DNA of 55,712 nucleotides. Source: an uncultured Candidatus Saccharibacteria bacterium (GTDB taxonomy: Bacteria > Patescibacteriota > Minisyncoccia > Phycocordibacterales > UBA5272). Below, piece after piece: positions 1 to 8,923 of this stretch (position 1 is its first letter; each line of letters begins with the position of its first letter). The stretch covers positions 1 to 55,712 of the forward strand of contig CAYQUK010000002.1 in NCBI GenBank assembly GCA_964420875.1. Reading direction: 5' to 3'. The notes under the pieces are model-generated. The model did not search any database. It worked only from the letters and a program-made list of their open reading frames with translations, and had not been told where the DNA came from. The translations under genes were made by a program, and so were the position numbers.

Positions 1-77
1 TATGCATGTATCTCTATGGGCAGATTTAAGTTATTATAAAAATTGCTTGTCTTATAAGTGTTTTGTAGTATGTGCTC

Positions 78-782
78 ATGAGGTTGCAAAGATTTTACTC
101 CTCAATACCCCTTGGTGAAGAGGTTGCTATATTAAACAAAGGTGAAACAAGTGAACTGTTTAATCAAATATCCCATGTATTCCGAGCAAAAGTAGGCTAT
201 ACATGTGTATTCTTTGACGGCAAAAATAATATCGATCATGTGTATGGATTACAAAGCATAGACAAAAAGTCTTTGTCTTTTATACACAAAGATAAAATAT
301 CAAAAAGTGTTGAGGTGCCAGAAAAAGAAAAAGCGTTATGTTTGGCACTGATTAAAAAGGATAGTTTTGAGGAGGTGGTACAAAAAGCTGTTGAAATAGG
401 GGTGAATAAAATAATACCGATACTTTCCGACAGGTCTGAGAAAAAGCTTTTGAACAAGGAGAGGCTTGAGAAAATAGTGATAGAGGCTGTGGAGCAGAGT
501 GGAAGAAATGACATACCGGAAATATTAGACATACAAAAAGTAGAGGACGTGGTTAAGATGCCCGCGAAACACATAGTTTTTGATACGAAACAAGCTGGGA
601 AAAATGAAAACAAATTAGAAAAAAGTCCTGTGTTTGCATGGGTAGGACCAGAAGGTGGGTGGACTGACGAGGAGAAAGAAGTATTTAAAAGCAACAATGC
701 GGAATTTGTACACCTTGATACTTATACACTGCGAGCCACAACTGCGGGTGTACTGGCTAGCTATTACATAGTAAACTTGTAA
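78..782 (+). CDS. rsmE: 16S rRNA (uracil1498-N3)-methyltransferase RsmE
   Basis: Track ORF 72..782 starts at GTG. The ATG at 78 gives an MRLQRFY N-terminus typical of RsmE. C-terminal AWVGPEGGWTDEE and TLRATTA motifs fit the RsmE/SPOUT family. Confidence 0.85.
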   Translation: MRLQRFYSSIPLGEEVAILNKGETSELFNQISHVFRAKVGYTCVFFDGKNNIDHVYGLQSIDKKSLSFIHKDKISKSVEVPEKEKALCLALIKKDSFEEVVQKAVEIGVNKIIPILSDRSEKKLLNKERLEKIVIEAVEQSGRNDIPEILDIQKVEDVVKMPAKHIVFDTKQAGKNENKLEKSPVFAWVGPEGGWTDEEKEVFKSNNAEFVHLDTYTLRATTAGVLASYYIVNL

Positions 783-786
783 TTGT

Positions 787-1176
787 ATGAATACAACAAC
801 ATTTAGAATTAACTGGGACACTGTCTCAAGACTTTTTATTGGCGCACTGTTTATTTTTGCAGGTGTAGACAAATTAAGAACATTTGAAGCAACCTCAGGA
901 TATATCGACAGTGTTTTGGGTACCGGCTCTGCTACACCAGTTGTAACAGGACTAGTTATCTTTGTAGAGATAGTCGTCGCGGCTGTTTACATTTGGGGTA
1001 AATACAAACGCGATACTTGTGCTTATATTTTAATCGCCTTCACAGCTCTCGCAACTGTGATCTTCCACAACAACTTCCAGATCCCACTTAATGTGATCAT
1101 GAGTTTGAAGAATCTAGCAATCATCGGTGGACTGATAGCAACTCTTGGAGCTGTACACGCAAAAAGAAGTAACTAG
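787..1176 (+). CDS. DoxX-family small membrane protein
   Basis: 129 aa with about four hydrophobic helices and an N-terminal LFIGALFIFAGVDKL motif like DoxX proteins. It starts 5 nt after the rsmE stop. Confidence 0.6.
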   Translation: MNTTTFRINWDTVSRLFIGALFIFAGVDKLRTFEATSGYIDSVLGTGSATPVVTGLVIFVEIVVAAVYIWGKYKRDTCAYILIAFTALATVIFHNNFQIPLNVIMSLKNLAIIGGLIATLGAVHAKRSN

Positions 1177-1195
1177 TTTTTAAAACAATATAAAA

Positions 1196-1220
1196 GCACC
1201 GCCCTTCGGGCGGTGCTTTT
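1196..1220. terminator. Bidirectional intrinsic terminator
   Basis: GCACCGCCC-TTC-GGGCGGTGC 9-bp GC stem with an A-run before and a T-run after, between convergent genes. Confidence 0.7.
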
Positions 1221-1240
1221 ATATTTTTACCTGATTTATA

Positions 1241-2755
1241 TTATCTGACCACTGTACCGTCTTCAGATATCTCAGCGACTACATCTGTGTCAGTTAGTCC
1301 GTCTGTGATTTCTAATTTACCGTCTTGTCCTCTAATTCCAATCTTTACTATTCTGTCCTCAGTGCTTGTACTGTTAACAAGTTTAACTATACCTCCTCCA
1401 CTTTTTATTTGAACAAATGAAGCGGGCAGAGTGAGTGCGTTTTCTTTTGTCATTGTTACTATGTCAGCATTTGCTGTCATACCAGCTTTTACTCTTTCGT
1501 CTTTTGTAACAAATGTTAATGTGATGCCATATCTAGGTGAACCAGACTCAATAGTTGCAGCTGGATCAATACTACTGATAACTGCATCAAATTTTGTATC
1601 TGATCCATATGCGTCGAGTGTGACTACGGCTTTTGCTCCGAGAGTGACACTAGATATATCTACCTCTGATATTTTTGCTTTGATTTGAAAAGCTGAATCA
1701 GAGATCATAGATATACTAGCTTTTGCAGATGATGATATTTCACCTTTTTCTATATTGATAGCAGTTATAACCCCATCAAATGGTGCAGACAATACATTTT
1801 TACCAGCTACAGCTCTTGCTGAAGACAATCTAGCTTCGGCCTGACTGACTGCTGCACGCTGTGCTGCTATGCGGTTAAGATCTGTGCCAGAGTTTGTAAG
1901 ATCTAGATCACGCTGTGCACGAGATACTGCGTTTTTTGCGGTCTGTACCAAGTTCTTTTTACCGGCTATATCAGAAAATGTTGCAGATATAGTTGTCTTT
2001 ATAGCTGACACTGTTGCACGCTCGTCAGCTAACGATGGGTCATTAGCAGCACAAGTTTTTGAAACAAAGTCATTAAGCTTTGTTATAAATGAGTTCACAG
2101 AGACAGTAGATGTGTAGGCGTCGTCCAGATTTGTTACAACAATATTCTCAAAACTTGGGCGCAAGTTTTCGATTTCAAACTGTGCAGACTGATCACATGT
2201 TGTGAATGTTAATCTGTATGTGTTGTTGCTCTTTATAAAGAAATTACCCAGTCTGTAATCAAAAATATCACGAAAGGTGTTTGATGTTGTACGGAGAGTG
2301 TCTGCTATCTGATCTTCAGCATTTTTGAGATCTGCATTTGCGTTGTCTAATGCTTGTTGCTTGAGACTACGCTCTGCATCAGTTGCGCCAGACTCTAGTT
2401 GTGCCAATGTGGCGCGTTGTGCTGCCAATGCCCCCTCTGCCTCTTGTACAGCAGCATAGGCTTCACCGCCAGACAGATAAGCAAGAGATTGCCCTGCACG
2501 CACACGCTGACCAACAACAACATTTATCCCAGAGACTATACCAGCCTTTTCAAAACTTAGATCTGAAGTCTTTGACGCCTCTACGGTTCCTGTTACCTCT
2601 ATCTCTTGTTGTATCGTCTCTCTTTTAGGAGAGGTTGTGTTTAGATTTTTGTTACCATCTTGACCAGCAAACCAAAAGCCTAGGCTAGAAACCAAAACCA
2701 AACCTAATAAAAACTTCCACCAATGCACCTTTAAAGTGTTAAATATTGTTGACAT
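1241..2755 (-). CDS. HlyD-family / efflux periplasmic adaptor protein
   Basis: Track ORF 1241..2776 (GTG); the ATG at 2755 gives MSTIFNTLKVHWWKF followed by a TM helix. It has a lipoyl-like motif (GQRVRAGQSLAYL), a long Ala/Gln-rich coiled coil, and APFDGVITAINIEKGE typical of membrane-fusion proteins. No cognate ABC or RND pump lies in the window. Confidence 0.7.
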   Translation of the reverse strand: MSTIFNTLKVHWWKFLLGLVLVSSLGFWFAGQDGNKNLNTTSPKRETIQQEIEVTGTVEASKTSDLSFEKAGIVSGINVVVGQRVRAGQSLAYLSGGEAYAAVQEAEGALAAQRATLAQLESGATDAERSLKQQALDNANADLKNAEDQIADTLRTTSNTFRDIFDYRLGNFFIKSNNTYRLTFTTCDQSAQFEIENLRPSFENIVVTNLDDAYTSTVSVNSFITKLNDFVSKTCAANDPSLADERATVSAIKTTISATFSDIAGKKNLVQTAKNAVSRAQRDLDLTNSGTDLNRIAAQRAAVSQAEARLSSARAVAGKNVLSAPFDGVITAINIEKGEISSSAKASISMISDSAFQIKAKISEVDISSVTLGAKAVVTLDAYGSDTKFDAVISSIDPAATIESGSPRYGITLTFVTKDERVKAGMTANADIVTMTKENALTLPASFVQIKSGGGIVKLVNSTSTEDRIVKIGIRGQDGKLEITDGLTDTDVVAEISEDGTVVR

Positions 2756-2784
2756 ATGGCCCTTATTATAGCACACTCATATTT

Positions 2785-3534
2785 ATGACTGCACCTCTAG
2801 TGATTGGAAACACAAAAGCCTATATCAACAGCAAACGAGAGATGTTTGCACTCCAGGAGTCGATCTGGCAAAATCTCGAAAGTGAAAAGTATCAATATCA
2901 TCTCGCAATACCTGCGAGTCTAATAGACTCTCTGGTTGCAGAGAAATACAAAGCCGCTATTTTTGGTGCGCAAAGTTTTGATATAGAAGGGGATGGGGCA
3001 CATACTGGATCAACAACATTAAAACAACTTCGTGATGCTGGTGCAAAGTTCACAATACTAGGGCATAGCGAGAGGAGAGCGATGGGGGAGAGTGACGACT
3101 ATATATCAGACCGCGCACGTGAGGCGATCAATAACAACTTCACAACTATTGTCTGTGTAGGTGAGGGAGACAGAAAAAATGGGGACGAGTATTTAGACTT
3201 TATCAAACATCAACTCGAAGACAGTCTCCTCGGAGTAGATAGGAGAGGGGCTGACAATTTAATAATCGCATACGAGCCATTGTGGGCGATAGGGGCAGTG
3301 CGTCCAGCAACAGCAGAACAGACTCTCGAGGTGGTGATACATATCAGACGCTCACTAGTAGAGCTGTTCGGACTAGAGAATGCGAAAAAAATAAAAGTCA
3401 TATACGGTGGGGCAGTGACTAGTGATGGTGTCGCCGAGTTCGTACGTGAAGCGGGGGTAGACGGCGTACTCGTAGGCCGCGCATCGACAAGAGGCAAGGA
3501 CTTCGCCGCGATAGTGAACGAGCTAAATAAATAA
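2785..3534 (+). CDS. tpiA: Triosephosphate isomerase
   Basis: The ATG at 2785 gives MTAPLVIGNTKAY. Conserved ILGHSERR, AYEPLWAIG and IYGGAV motifs are present. Confidence 0.9.
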   Translation: MTAPLVIGNTKAYINSKREMFALQESIWQNLESEKYQYHLAIPASLIDSLVAEKYKAAIFGAQSFDIEGDGAHTGSTTLKQLRDAGAKFTILGHSERRAMGESDDYISDRAREAINNNFTTIVCVGEGDRKNGDEYLDFIKHQLEDSLLGVDRRGADNLIIAYEPLWAIGAVRPATAEQTLEVVIHIRRSLVELFGLENAKKIKVIYGGAVTSDGVAEFVREAGVDGVLVGRASTRGKDFAAIVNELNK

Positions 3535-3552
3535 ATATAGAAATAAAAAAAA

Positions 3553-3575
3553 AGGAACCCGAGAGTTCCTTTTTT
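3553..3575. terminator. Bidirectional intrinsic terminator
   Basis: AGGAAC-ccgaga-GTTCCT stem with an A8 run upstream and a T5 run downstream, between tpiA and the convergent GC-rich gene. Confidence 0.65.
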
Positions 3576-3606
3576 GCTACAACATTTCCATGTGCAGCAC
3601 TCGCCG

Positions 3607-3978
3607 TTAGGCGCGACGTTTTTGCTTCTTGGCTTTCTTTGCCGGCGCCGCAGACTTCATCACCGCGAGGCGATAATTAGCCGCGTTCGCCGCGCGTTGC
3701 GCACGTGTTGCTTTTGCTTCAGCGTAAACAGCGCGGTTGATTGCTGCTTTTTCTGCCGCCTTAGCCTTGTCAGCTTTTGCCGCTGCCGCTTCTTCCGTTT
3801 TGGCGATCAACTGATCCTTGACCTCTGATGCGCCTTCGAGACGTGCCGCCTTGAGTTCAGCAGCGCGTGCCGCCTTCACTTCGTCATCCGAGAGGAGTGA
3901 CCACGCGTTGGCCGACGGTGCAGCAAGCGATACGAAAACTGAAACAAACAGAGCAAAGATAACTTTCTTGAGCTTCAT
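3607..3978 (-). CDS. GC-rich secreted Ala/Lys-rich coiled-coil protein (hypothetical)
   Basis: ATG at 3978 preceded by GGAGG. Signal peptide MKLKKVIFALFVSVFVSLAAPSANA followed by an Ala/Lys/Glu-rich sequence with a basic tail (KKAKKQKRRA). Local GC was 37/60 in line 3661, far above the flanks. Confidence 0.65.
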   Translation of the reverse strand: MKLKKVIFALFVSVFVSLAAPSANAWSLLSDDEVKAARAAELKAARLEGASEVKDQLIAKTEEAAAAKADKAKAAEKAAINRAVYAEAKATRAQRAANAANYRLAVMKSAAPAKKAKKQKRRA

Positions 3979-4043
3979 ACAGAACCTCCAGCAGAATGCA
4001 AAGTGACGATAATCACCTTTAACACCCACTTGTTCTGTCCAAC

Positions 4044-4072
4044 ACTCTACACCTTATTAACAATATTGTCAA
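4044..4072 (-). promoter_or_regulatory. Sigma70-type promoter for the 3607..3978 cassette
   Basis: Minus strand reads TTGACA (4072..4067), a 17-nt spacer, then TAGAGT (4049..4044) in the context aGGTGTAGAGT. It is embedded in the last codons and stop of the upstream ORF 4047..4394. Confidence 0.45.
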
Positions 4073-4394
4073 TAGATGTCATTTTCACCTTATCCCTATA
4101 CGCCAGCAGTACGAAAATGGTGGAAATGGGCAAGATGTTTACTATTGGTATGTATTCGAGGACGATTCTAAATATCAATGAGTTTTTAATTTTGTTTCTC
4201 ATTTCTAACTTTTTACCATGCAAGTCTTTTGCACTTTCTGGCGCATCACTGATCAGATATTTACTAGCCCAGCGATACAAATATATGTCGAGCGGAATAG
4301 CGAGAAAGTATCCGATGAAAGGTGTAGCCAGCACCTCGATAAGATCTGCTGCGACACCAACCAAAAATGGCACTGTCGGAAATTTTGTTTTCAT
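4047..4394 (-). CDS. Hypothetical small membrane protein
   Basis: 115 aa with two to three hydrophobic segments separated by a charged loop (SDAPESAKDLHGKKLEMRNK). It looks more protein-like than the overlapping plus-strand ORF 4003..4401. Confidence 0.5.
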   Translation of the reverse strand: MKTKFPTVPFLVGVAADLIEVLATPFIGYFLAIPLDIYLYRWASKYLISDAPESAKDLHGKKLEMRNKIKNSLIFRIVLEYIPIVNILPISTIFVLLAYRDKVKMTSIDNIVNKV

Positions 4395-4460
4395 TTTTTA
4401 ATTATAGCAAACTTTGAGAGTGTGAATTATTTTTATGAATGTTGATGCTACAATATACTG

Positions 4461-5531
4461 ATGAATATTTCTTTTGAACAGATACATGACTCGCATGTGT
4501 TGCTGCGTGCTGATCTCAATGAGCCAGTGTGGGATGGTGGTGGACTGCGATCAACAAAAAGAATAGACGCAAGCATAGCAACGATACACGAGTTGCTATC
4601 TAGGAAAAACAAGGTGATAGTCATGAGCCATCACAGCGCGGACAATCAAAGTCTGTCACCAGTAGCCACATATTTAAAAAAGACTTTTGCAAACCTCGAG
4701 TTCATACAGTCTGTCGACATGGGCACCGTCACAGAGTTTGTAAAAGGTAACAGTGAGGTAGAGCTAATAATGCTAGAAAACACCAGACTGTTCGAAAATG
4801 GTGCTGATGAGAAGAACGACGACACATTTGCAAAAGAGTTATCCTCACTCGCTGACTATTTTATTTTCGACGCATTCTCAGTAGCACATCGCGAACATGC
4901 ATCAGTAGTAGGAGTGTCAAAATATTTACCACATTGCCTGGGACCGGTGGCCAGCAAAGAGTTAGAGATGCTGTCAAAAGTCTTGGACAAAAACAATCCT
5001 CCTTTTGTAATACTCGGTGGAGCAAAGCTCTCGAGCAAGTTGCCACTACTCGAAACATTTATTAAAAATGGTAGCAGGGTATTCCTCGGTGGTGCCATGG
5101 CTCACCCCATAATGGCAAGCAGAGGTATAGATATCAAAAATTCAAAAACAGAAAATATAGATGTTTTAGCTTTTGCAGAGAATAAAAACATACTTGTACC
5201 TACTGATTATTTTTGGAATGACAAGGATATGATAGTAGATGCGGGAGAAAAGACCCTCTCAACATTAGAATCCGAGATAAAAAATGCTCAAAATATACTT
5301 TGGAATGGGCCACTAGGACTGTATGAGGATGGATTCACCTCCGGAACATATGGACTAATACATATTTTGGACGGGAAAACTGACAAAAATATAGTATTGG
5401 GAGGAGGTGACACATTGACTGTTCTCGAGCATTTCCCTTATTTTTCTTGTGCTTATATATCGCTCTCGGGTGGGGCAATGTTGGAATTCTTGGCAAAGGG
5501 GTCACTGCCGGGTATTTTGGCTAATAAATAA
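4461..5531 (+). CDS. pgk: Phosphoglycerate kinase (short form)
   Basis: N-terminal LLRADLNEPV, a Rossmann GGAKLSSK motif and C-terminal GGGDT..SGGAMLEFL, characteristic of Pgk. At 356 aa it is shorter than typical enzymes. Confidence 0.9.
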   Translation: MNISFEQIHDSHVLLRADLNEPVWDGGGLRSTKRIDASIATIHELLSRKNKVIVMSHHSADNQSLSPVATYLKKTFANLEFIQSVDMGTVTEFVKGNSEVELIMLENTRLFENGADEKNDDTFAKELSSLADYFIFDAFSVAHREHASVVGVSKYLPHCLGPVASKELEMLSKVLDKNNPPFVILGGAKLSSKLPLLETFIKNGSRVFLGGAMAHPIMASRGIDIKNSKTENIDVLAFAENKNILVPTDYFWNDKDMIVDAGEKTLSTLESEIKNAQNILWNGPLGLYEDGFTSGTYGLIHILDGKTDKNIVLGGGDTLTVLEHFPYFSCAYISLSGGAMLEFLAKGSLPGILANK

Positions 5532-5582
5532 GGGGAATATAACTGTCACAAAAAATCTAGACTTTTGTTATATACTACAGGG

Positions 5583-6125
5583 ATGGATACATATGACCTT
5601 ATAGAAAAGGCTAAAAACGGTGACAAGGACGCCTTTGGCCAATTGTATTCCGAATTATACACCCCACTTTTTAGATTTGTGCTCTCTAGATCTAGGGATA
5701 GAGAAAAAACCCTAGATATATGCCAAGAAGTTTTTATACGTTGGTATAGCTCTATGGATACATACGAAGCAAAAATACATCCGAAAAGCTATCTAATGAT
5801 GATAGCCACTCGCCTCATGATCAATGACACCAAGAAAAAATCTAGTGTCCAAATGCCAGAGGATGCTGATGAGTATATTGCTGATGACGTGGAATCAATA
5901 GAAACATTGCTCGATTTCGAGGCTGAAGTTGATGAGGTAAAAGAATTGTTCCAATATCTAAACCAAGATCAACAAGATGTACTGACTCTACGATACGTGT
6001 CAGATCTGGATACCGAGTCCATAGCCGAAGCATTAGAGAAAAGTGTAGACAATGTGAGACAAATAGAATCGAGGGGGCTGAAAAAACTTCGTGAACTATA
6101 CAAAGAAAAATATGCAAAAAATTAA
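5583..6125 (+). CDS. ECF-type RNA polymerase sigma factor (sigma-70 family)
   Basis: Region 2 (DAFGQLYSELYTPLFRFVLSR, FIRWY) and region 4 HTH (LTLRYVSDLDTESIAEALEKSVDNVRQIESRGLKKLR). ATG at 5583; the track ORF begins at 5565 with an alternative start. Confidence 0.8.
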   Translation: MDTYDLIEKAKNGDKDAFGQLYSELYTPLFRFVLSRSRDREKTLDICQEVFIRWYSSMDTYEAKIHPKSYLMMIATRLMINDTKKKSSVQMPEDADEYIADDVESIETLLDFEAEVDEVKELFQYLNQDQQDVLTLRYVSDLDTESIAEALEKSVDNVRQIESRGLKKLRELYKEKYAKN

Positions 6126-6417
6126 AAACTATTTCGAAAATCAAAAACAAGAATTCACACCAAATGAGAAGGATTTTGCTTTTGTGTTATCAAAAATAGA
6201 AACCCGATCAAAATCTGTACAAGTTACAAAAAGATCGCCATTTATGTTTTGGAGTTTTGCTTCTGTTTCTTTTGCGGCGATGATACTGGTTGTTGTGAGT
6301 GTCGTCTCTCCAACATCAAAACAAAATAGCACCCTCGCTATCAACGACAGCAGGGAGGCCCTCAGCACTATAGACTCGGTAAAGAGTTTTGACATACAAA
6401 ACGATAATGACTTTTAA
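6112..6417 (+). CDS. Putative anti-sigma factor-like single-pass membrane protein
   Basis: Overlaps the sigma gene stop by 14 nt. It has a small cytoplasmic N-terminus, one TM helix (FMFWSFASVSFAAMILVVVSVV) and a short exterior tail. The assignment rests on position and topology only. Confidence 0.4.
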   Translation: MQKIKNYFENQKQEFTPNEKDFAFVLSKIETRSKSVQVTKRSPFMFWSFASVSFAAMILVVVSVVSPTSKQNSTLAINDSREALSTIDSVKSFDIQNDNDF

Positions 6418-6420
6418 TAT

Positions 6421-7044
6421 ATGAAAAAATTAATTTTAAATCTAGCAATAATAGGTATGATGACAGGAGTTAGTATGGCCGCTGAAGACAAATCTTTTTT
6501 TGGACAAATCAAAAGTTTGTTTGTAAAAGACATTACCCCACAAGTCCAAGTACAAATAGCTGCACCACAAAGCTCAATGAAAGCCTCATTGATGATCTCA
6601 GCTACAGTGACTGCCAGCACAACAGCAGAAACAGAGGACGTATCTACTAGTACTGAAACATACATATGTTCAGATCAGAAAAAATTTGTAAACAAAAAAA
6701 TCAAAACTGAAAAAGCTATAAAAGATCAGACTGAGGATAAAAACAAAATCACAAAATCTCTAATCAAACTTGAGGCAAGTCTAGATACAAAATCAGCTGC
6801 AAAAATAAAAGAGAAGAGACTACAACTAGATGCTGAGGTAAAAGATGTTACCGATTTAGAAATAGACATAATAGACATAGCCTCTAGCACTGTAGAGATG
6901 GCTTGTGACGCCGATGAGAAAAAGGCTGTATCTGAGAATATAATAAAGATTAAAAAGCTTGACGCTGAGGTGGTAATAGAAGCAGAAGATGTTACAAACT
7001 TGATACAAAAAGACATCAAAATTTTGATAAAAAATATCAAATAA
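6421..7044 (+). CDS. Secreted coiled-coil protein (hypothetical)
   Basis: Signal peptide MKKLILNLAIIGMMTGVSMA followed by a Lys/Glu/Asp-rich, helical-looking sequence. Confidence 0.55.
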   Translation: MKKLILNLAIIGMMTGVSMAAEDKSFFGQIKSLFVKDITPQVQVQIAAPQSSMKASLMISATVTASTTAETEDVSTSTETYICSDQKKFVNKKIKTEKAIKDQTEDKNKITKSLIKLEASLDTKSAAKIKEKRLQLDAEVKDVTDLEIDIIDIASSTVEMACDADEKKAVSENIIKIKKLDAEVVIEAEDVTNLIQKDIKILIKNIK

Positions 7045-7113
7045 TTGTCACTGCTTCAAAGTCTAAACTGTTATATATAGCATGAGGGCAACCTCTTTAT
7101 AACACAACAACAT

Positions 7114-7596
7114 ATGCAAAAAACGATAACAACTATGTTGTTAGCAGCTATGCTAACAACAGGTATAGCTAGTGCGACCAGCACATCAACAGCGACGACT
7201 ACAGCAACCAGCACACCAAATACAAAGGGTATATGTGTGGCAGCAGCGGTCAACAAACGTGACAGCGCGATGATAGTGGCTCATGATGCATTCTCTGCAT
7301 CAATAAGAGCAGCCTTAACATCTCGCAAGGACTCACTCGTAACAGCTTGGACAAGTGGAACAAAAGAGACTCGCAAGGCTGCTTGGACAAAATTCAAAAC
7401 AGATATGAAATCTGCTCATGAGAAAATGAGAACAGACCGCAAGAACTCTTGGAATACATTTAATACAGAGGCGAAAGCTTGTGGAGCAAATGAAAAAAAT
7501 AACGGGTGGTTCAACAGAAACAAACACAATAAAAAAGATGATGACATGGAAATCGAGCATGAGTATAAGGTAGAAAACGCTACATACACATACTAG
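7114..7596 (+). CDS. Secreted protein (hypothetical)
   Basis: Signal peptide MQKTITTMLLAAMLTTGIASA, a Thr/Ser-rich linker, then a basic helical domain. Confidence 0.55.
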   Translation: MQKTITTMLLAAMLTTGIASATSTSTATTTATSTPNTKGICVAAAVNKRDSAMIVAHDAFSASIRAALTSRKDSLVTAWTSGTKETRKAAWTKFKTDMKSAHEKMRTDRKNSWNTFNTEAKACGANEKNNGWFNRNKHNKKDDDMEIEHEYKVENATYTY

Positions 7597-7638
7597 TTTT
7601 AAAATATAATCAGCCAAGAAAATAAAAGAAATATAAAA

Positions 7639-7659
7639 GGCGCCCGCTTCGCGGGCGCC
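7639..7659. terminator. Bidirectional intrinsic terminator
   Basis: GGCGCCCGC-TTC-GCGGGCGCC stem flanked by A- and T-runs, between convergent genes. The core GCGCCCGCTTCGCGGGCGC recurs at 15356. Confidence 0.7.
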
Positions 7660-7661
7660 TT

Positions 7662-8432
7662 TTATATTTTCACATCTAACGAAATAGGGCAATGGTCGCT
7701 ACCGAGTATATCGTCATGTATTTGCGCATTCACGATTTTCTTTTCGAGTGACTTTGAAGTATAAAAATAATCAATTCTCCAACCGACATTTTTCTCGCGA
7801 CTGCGAGTCTTCATATCCCACCATGTGTACTGCACCTTGTCACCATTTATGTGTCTATATGTATCTACAAAATTCTCTACGAATTTTGCTAATGCCTTGC
7901 GCTCTGCATCTGTACACCCGAGCTTGCCAGCATTTTCTTTTGGACGAGCGAGATCTAGGTCGGTGTTGGTCGCATTGATGTCACCACAGAATATCACAGG
8001 CTTTTTCTTTTCAAGCTTTTTAGCGAGGTCAAGAAAATGTTTGTAATACTCCAACTTGTAAAGATAATGCTCATCACTCTTGCCACCATTTGGCCAATAA
8101 CAATTGATGAAATAAAAATTATCAAACTCCAAAACAATTGTGCGCCCCTCTTCATCGTAGAAATCTTTTTTATTTAATGTCGCATGCAGAACATTGTATT
8201 TGATTCCTGGTTTCACATATACAGCCACTCCACTGTAGCCCTTGCGACTCCTCGCACTTTCAAATGCACTGCTGTATCCATAATAACTCAGCTGCTCAGG
8301 TTTTAATTGTGACACCTCACATTTTGTTTCCTGCACAGCGATAACATCGGCCCCCATTTCAAAAACTTGTTTAAATGTGTCCTTGTTAAATCCCGCTCTG
8401 ATGCCATTCACATTCCAGCTTATGAGTTTCAT
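7662..8432 (-). CDS. xthA: Exodeoxyribonuclease III
   Basis: MKLISWNVNGIRA N-terminus, QETK, and a C-terminal SDHCPISLDV motif of the ExoIII/APE1 family. Confidence 0.9.
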   Translation of the reverse strand: MKLISWNVNGIRAGFNKDTFKQVFEMGADVIAVQETKCEVSQLKPEQLSYYGYSSAFESARSRKGYSGVAVYVKPGIKYNVLHATLNKKDFYDEEGRTIVLEFDNFYFINCYWPNGGKSDEHYLYKLEYYKHFLDLAKKLEKKKPVIFCGDINATNTDLDLARPKENAGKLGCTDAERKALAKFVENFVDTYRHINGDKVQYTWWDMKTRSREKNVGWRIDYFYTSKSLEKKIVNAQIHDDILGSDHCPISLDVKI

Positions 8433-8475
8433 ATTGTTTTTAATTTTAACATAAATTTTGAGGCAAAAAGAAAAA

Positions 8476-8495
8476 GCGGCTTACGCCGCTTTTTT
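8476..8495. terminator. Intrinsic terminator overlapping the stop codon of 8481..8834
   Basis: GCGGC-TTAC-GCCGC stem. The stop codon sits in the loop, with A-run and T-run flanks. Confidence 0.55.
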
Positions 8496-8834
8496 AGAAA
8501 GTCCAACAGCTTTCTTCAAAGCAACAAGGTCATCATAAAACTCAATGCCAAGCTGCTCGATAAGTTCCGGAGGAACAAGGTCTTTTCGTTTTACATCCCA
8601 TGCGCCAAACTGAACTCTAACAGACCCCTCAGGAAGAGAAAGTCCCTCCGTTGAAAAGTGAAAGTCCAGACAGCCATCTTCATGAGCAACAACCGAGACA
8701 TACAAATCTGGCCTTACTCCAGGGTTTATTTTTCTTGCGTTCGCCAGGACCGCCTGACATGTTTCATTCATGCGATTCATCATTTCTATTGTCGCAAATG
8801 TGAACATGCTTACAACCGTAATAAAGCCACCCAT
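8481..8834 (-). CDS. Hypothetical protein (moderately GC-enriched)
   Basis: 117 aa. ATG at 8834 preceded by GGAGGG. The upstream minus strand reads TTGATT, 17 nt, TAGGAT. No recognisable motif. Confidence 0.5.
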   Translation of the reverse strand: MGGFITVVSMFTFATIEMMNRMNETCQAVLANARKINPGVRPDLYVSVVAHEDGCLDFHFSTEGLSLPEGSVRVQFGAWDVKRKDLVPPELIEQLGIEFYDDLVALKKAVGLSKKAA

Positions 8835-8923
8835 GATCCCTCCAAAAAGAACCGAACAATTTAACTCATCCTACTCCCATTTCACAATAAAATCAAAGTT
8901 TGTTTTTGTGTTAAAATTATCAA

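Noticed and set aside
4003-4401. 132-aa plus-strand ORF overlapping 4047..4394
   Set aside because: Its translation is irregular and lacks a charge/hydrophobicity pattern. The minus-strand ORF gives clean TM helices with a charged loop and is followed by the cassette promoter, so the minus strand was preferred.
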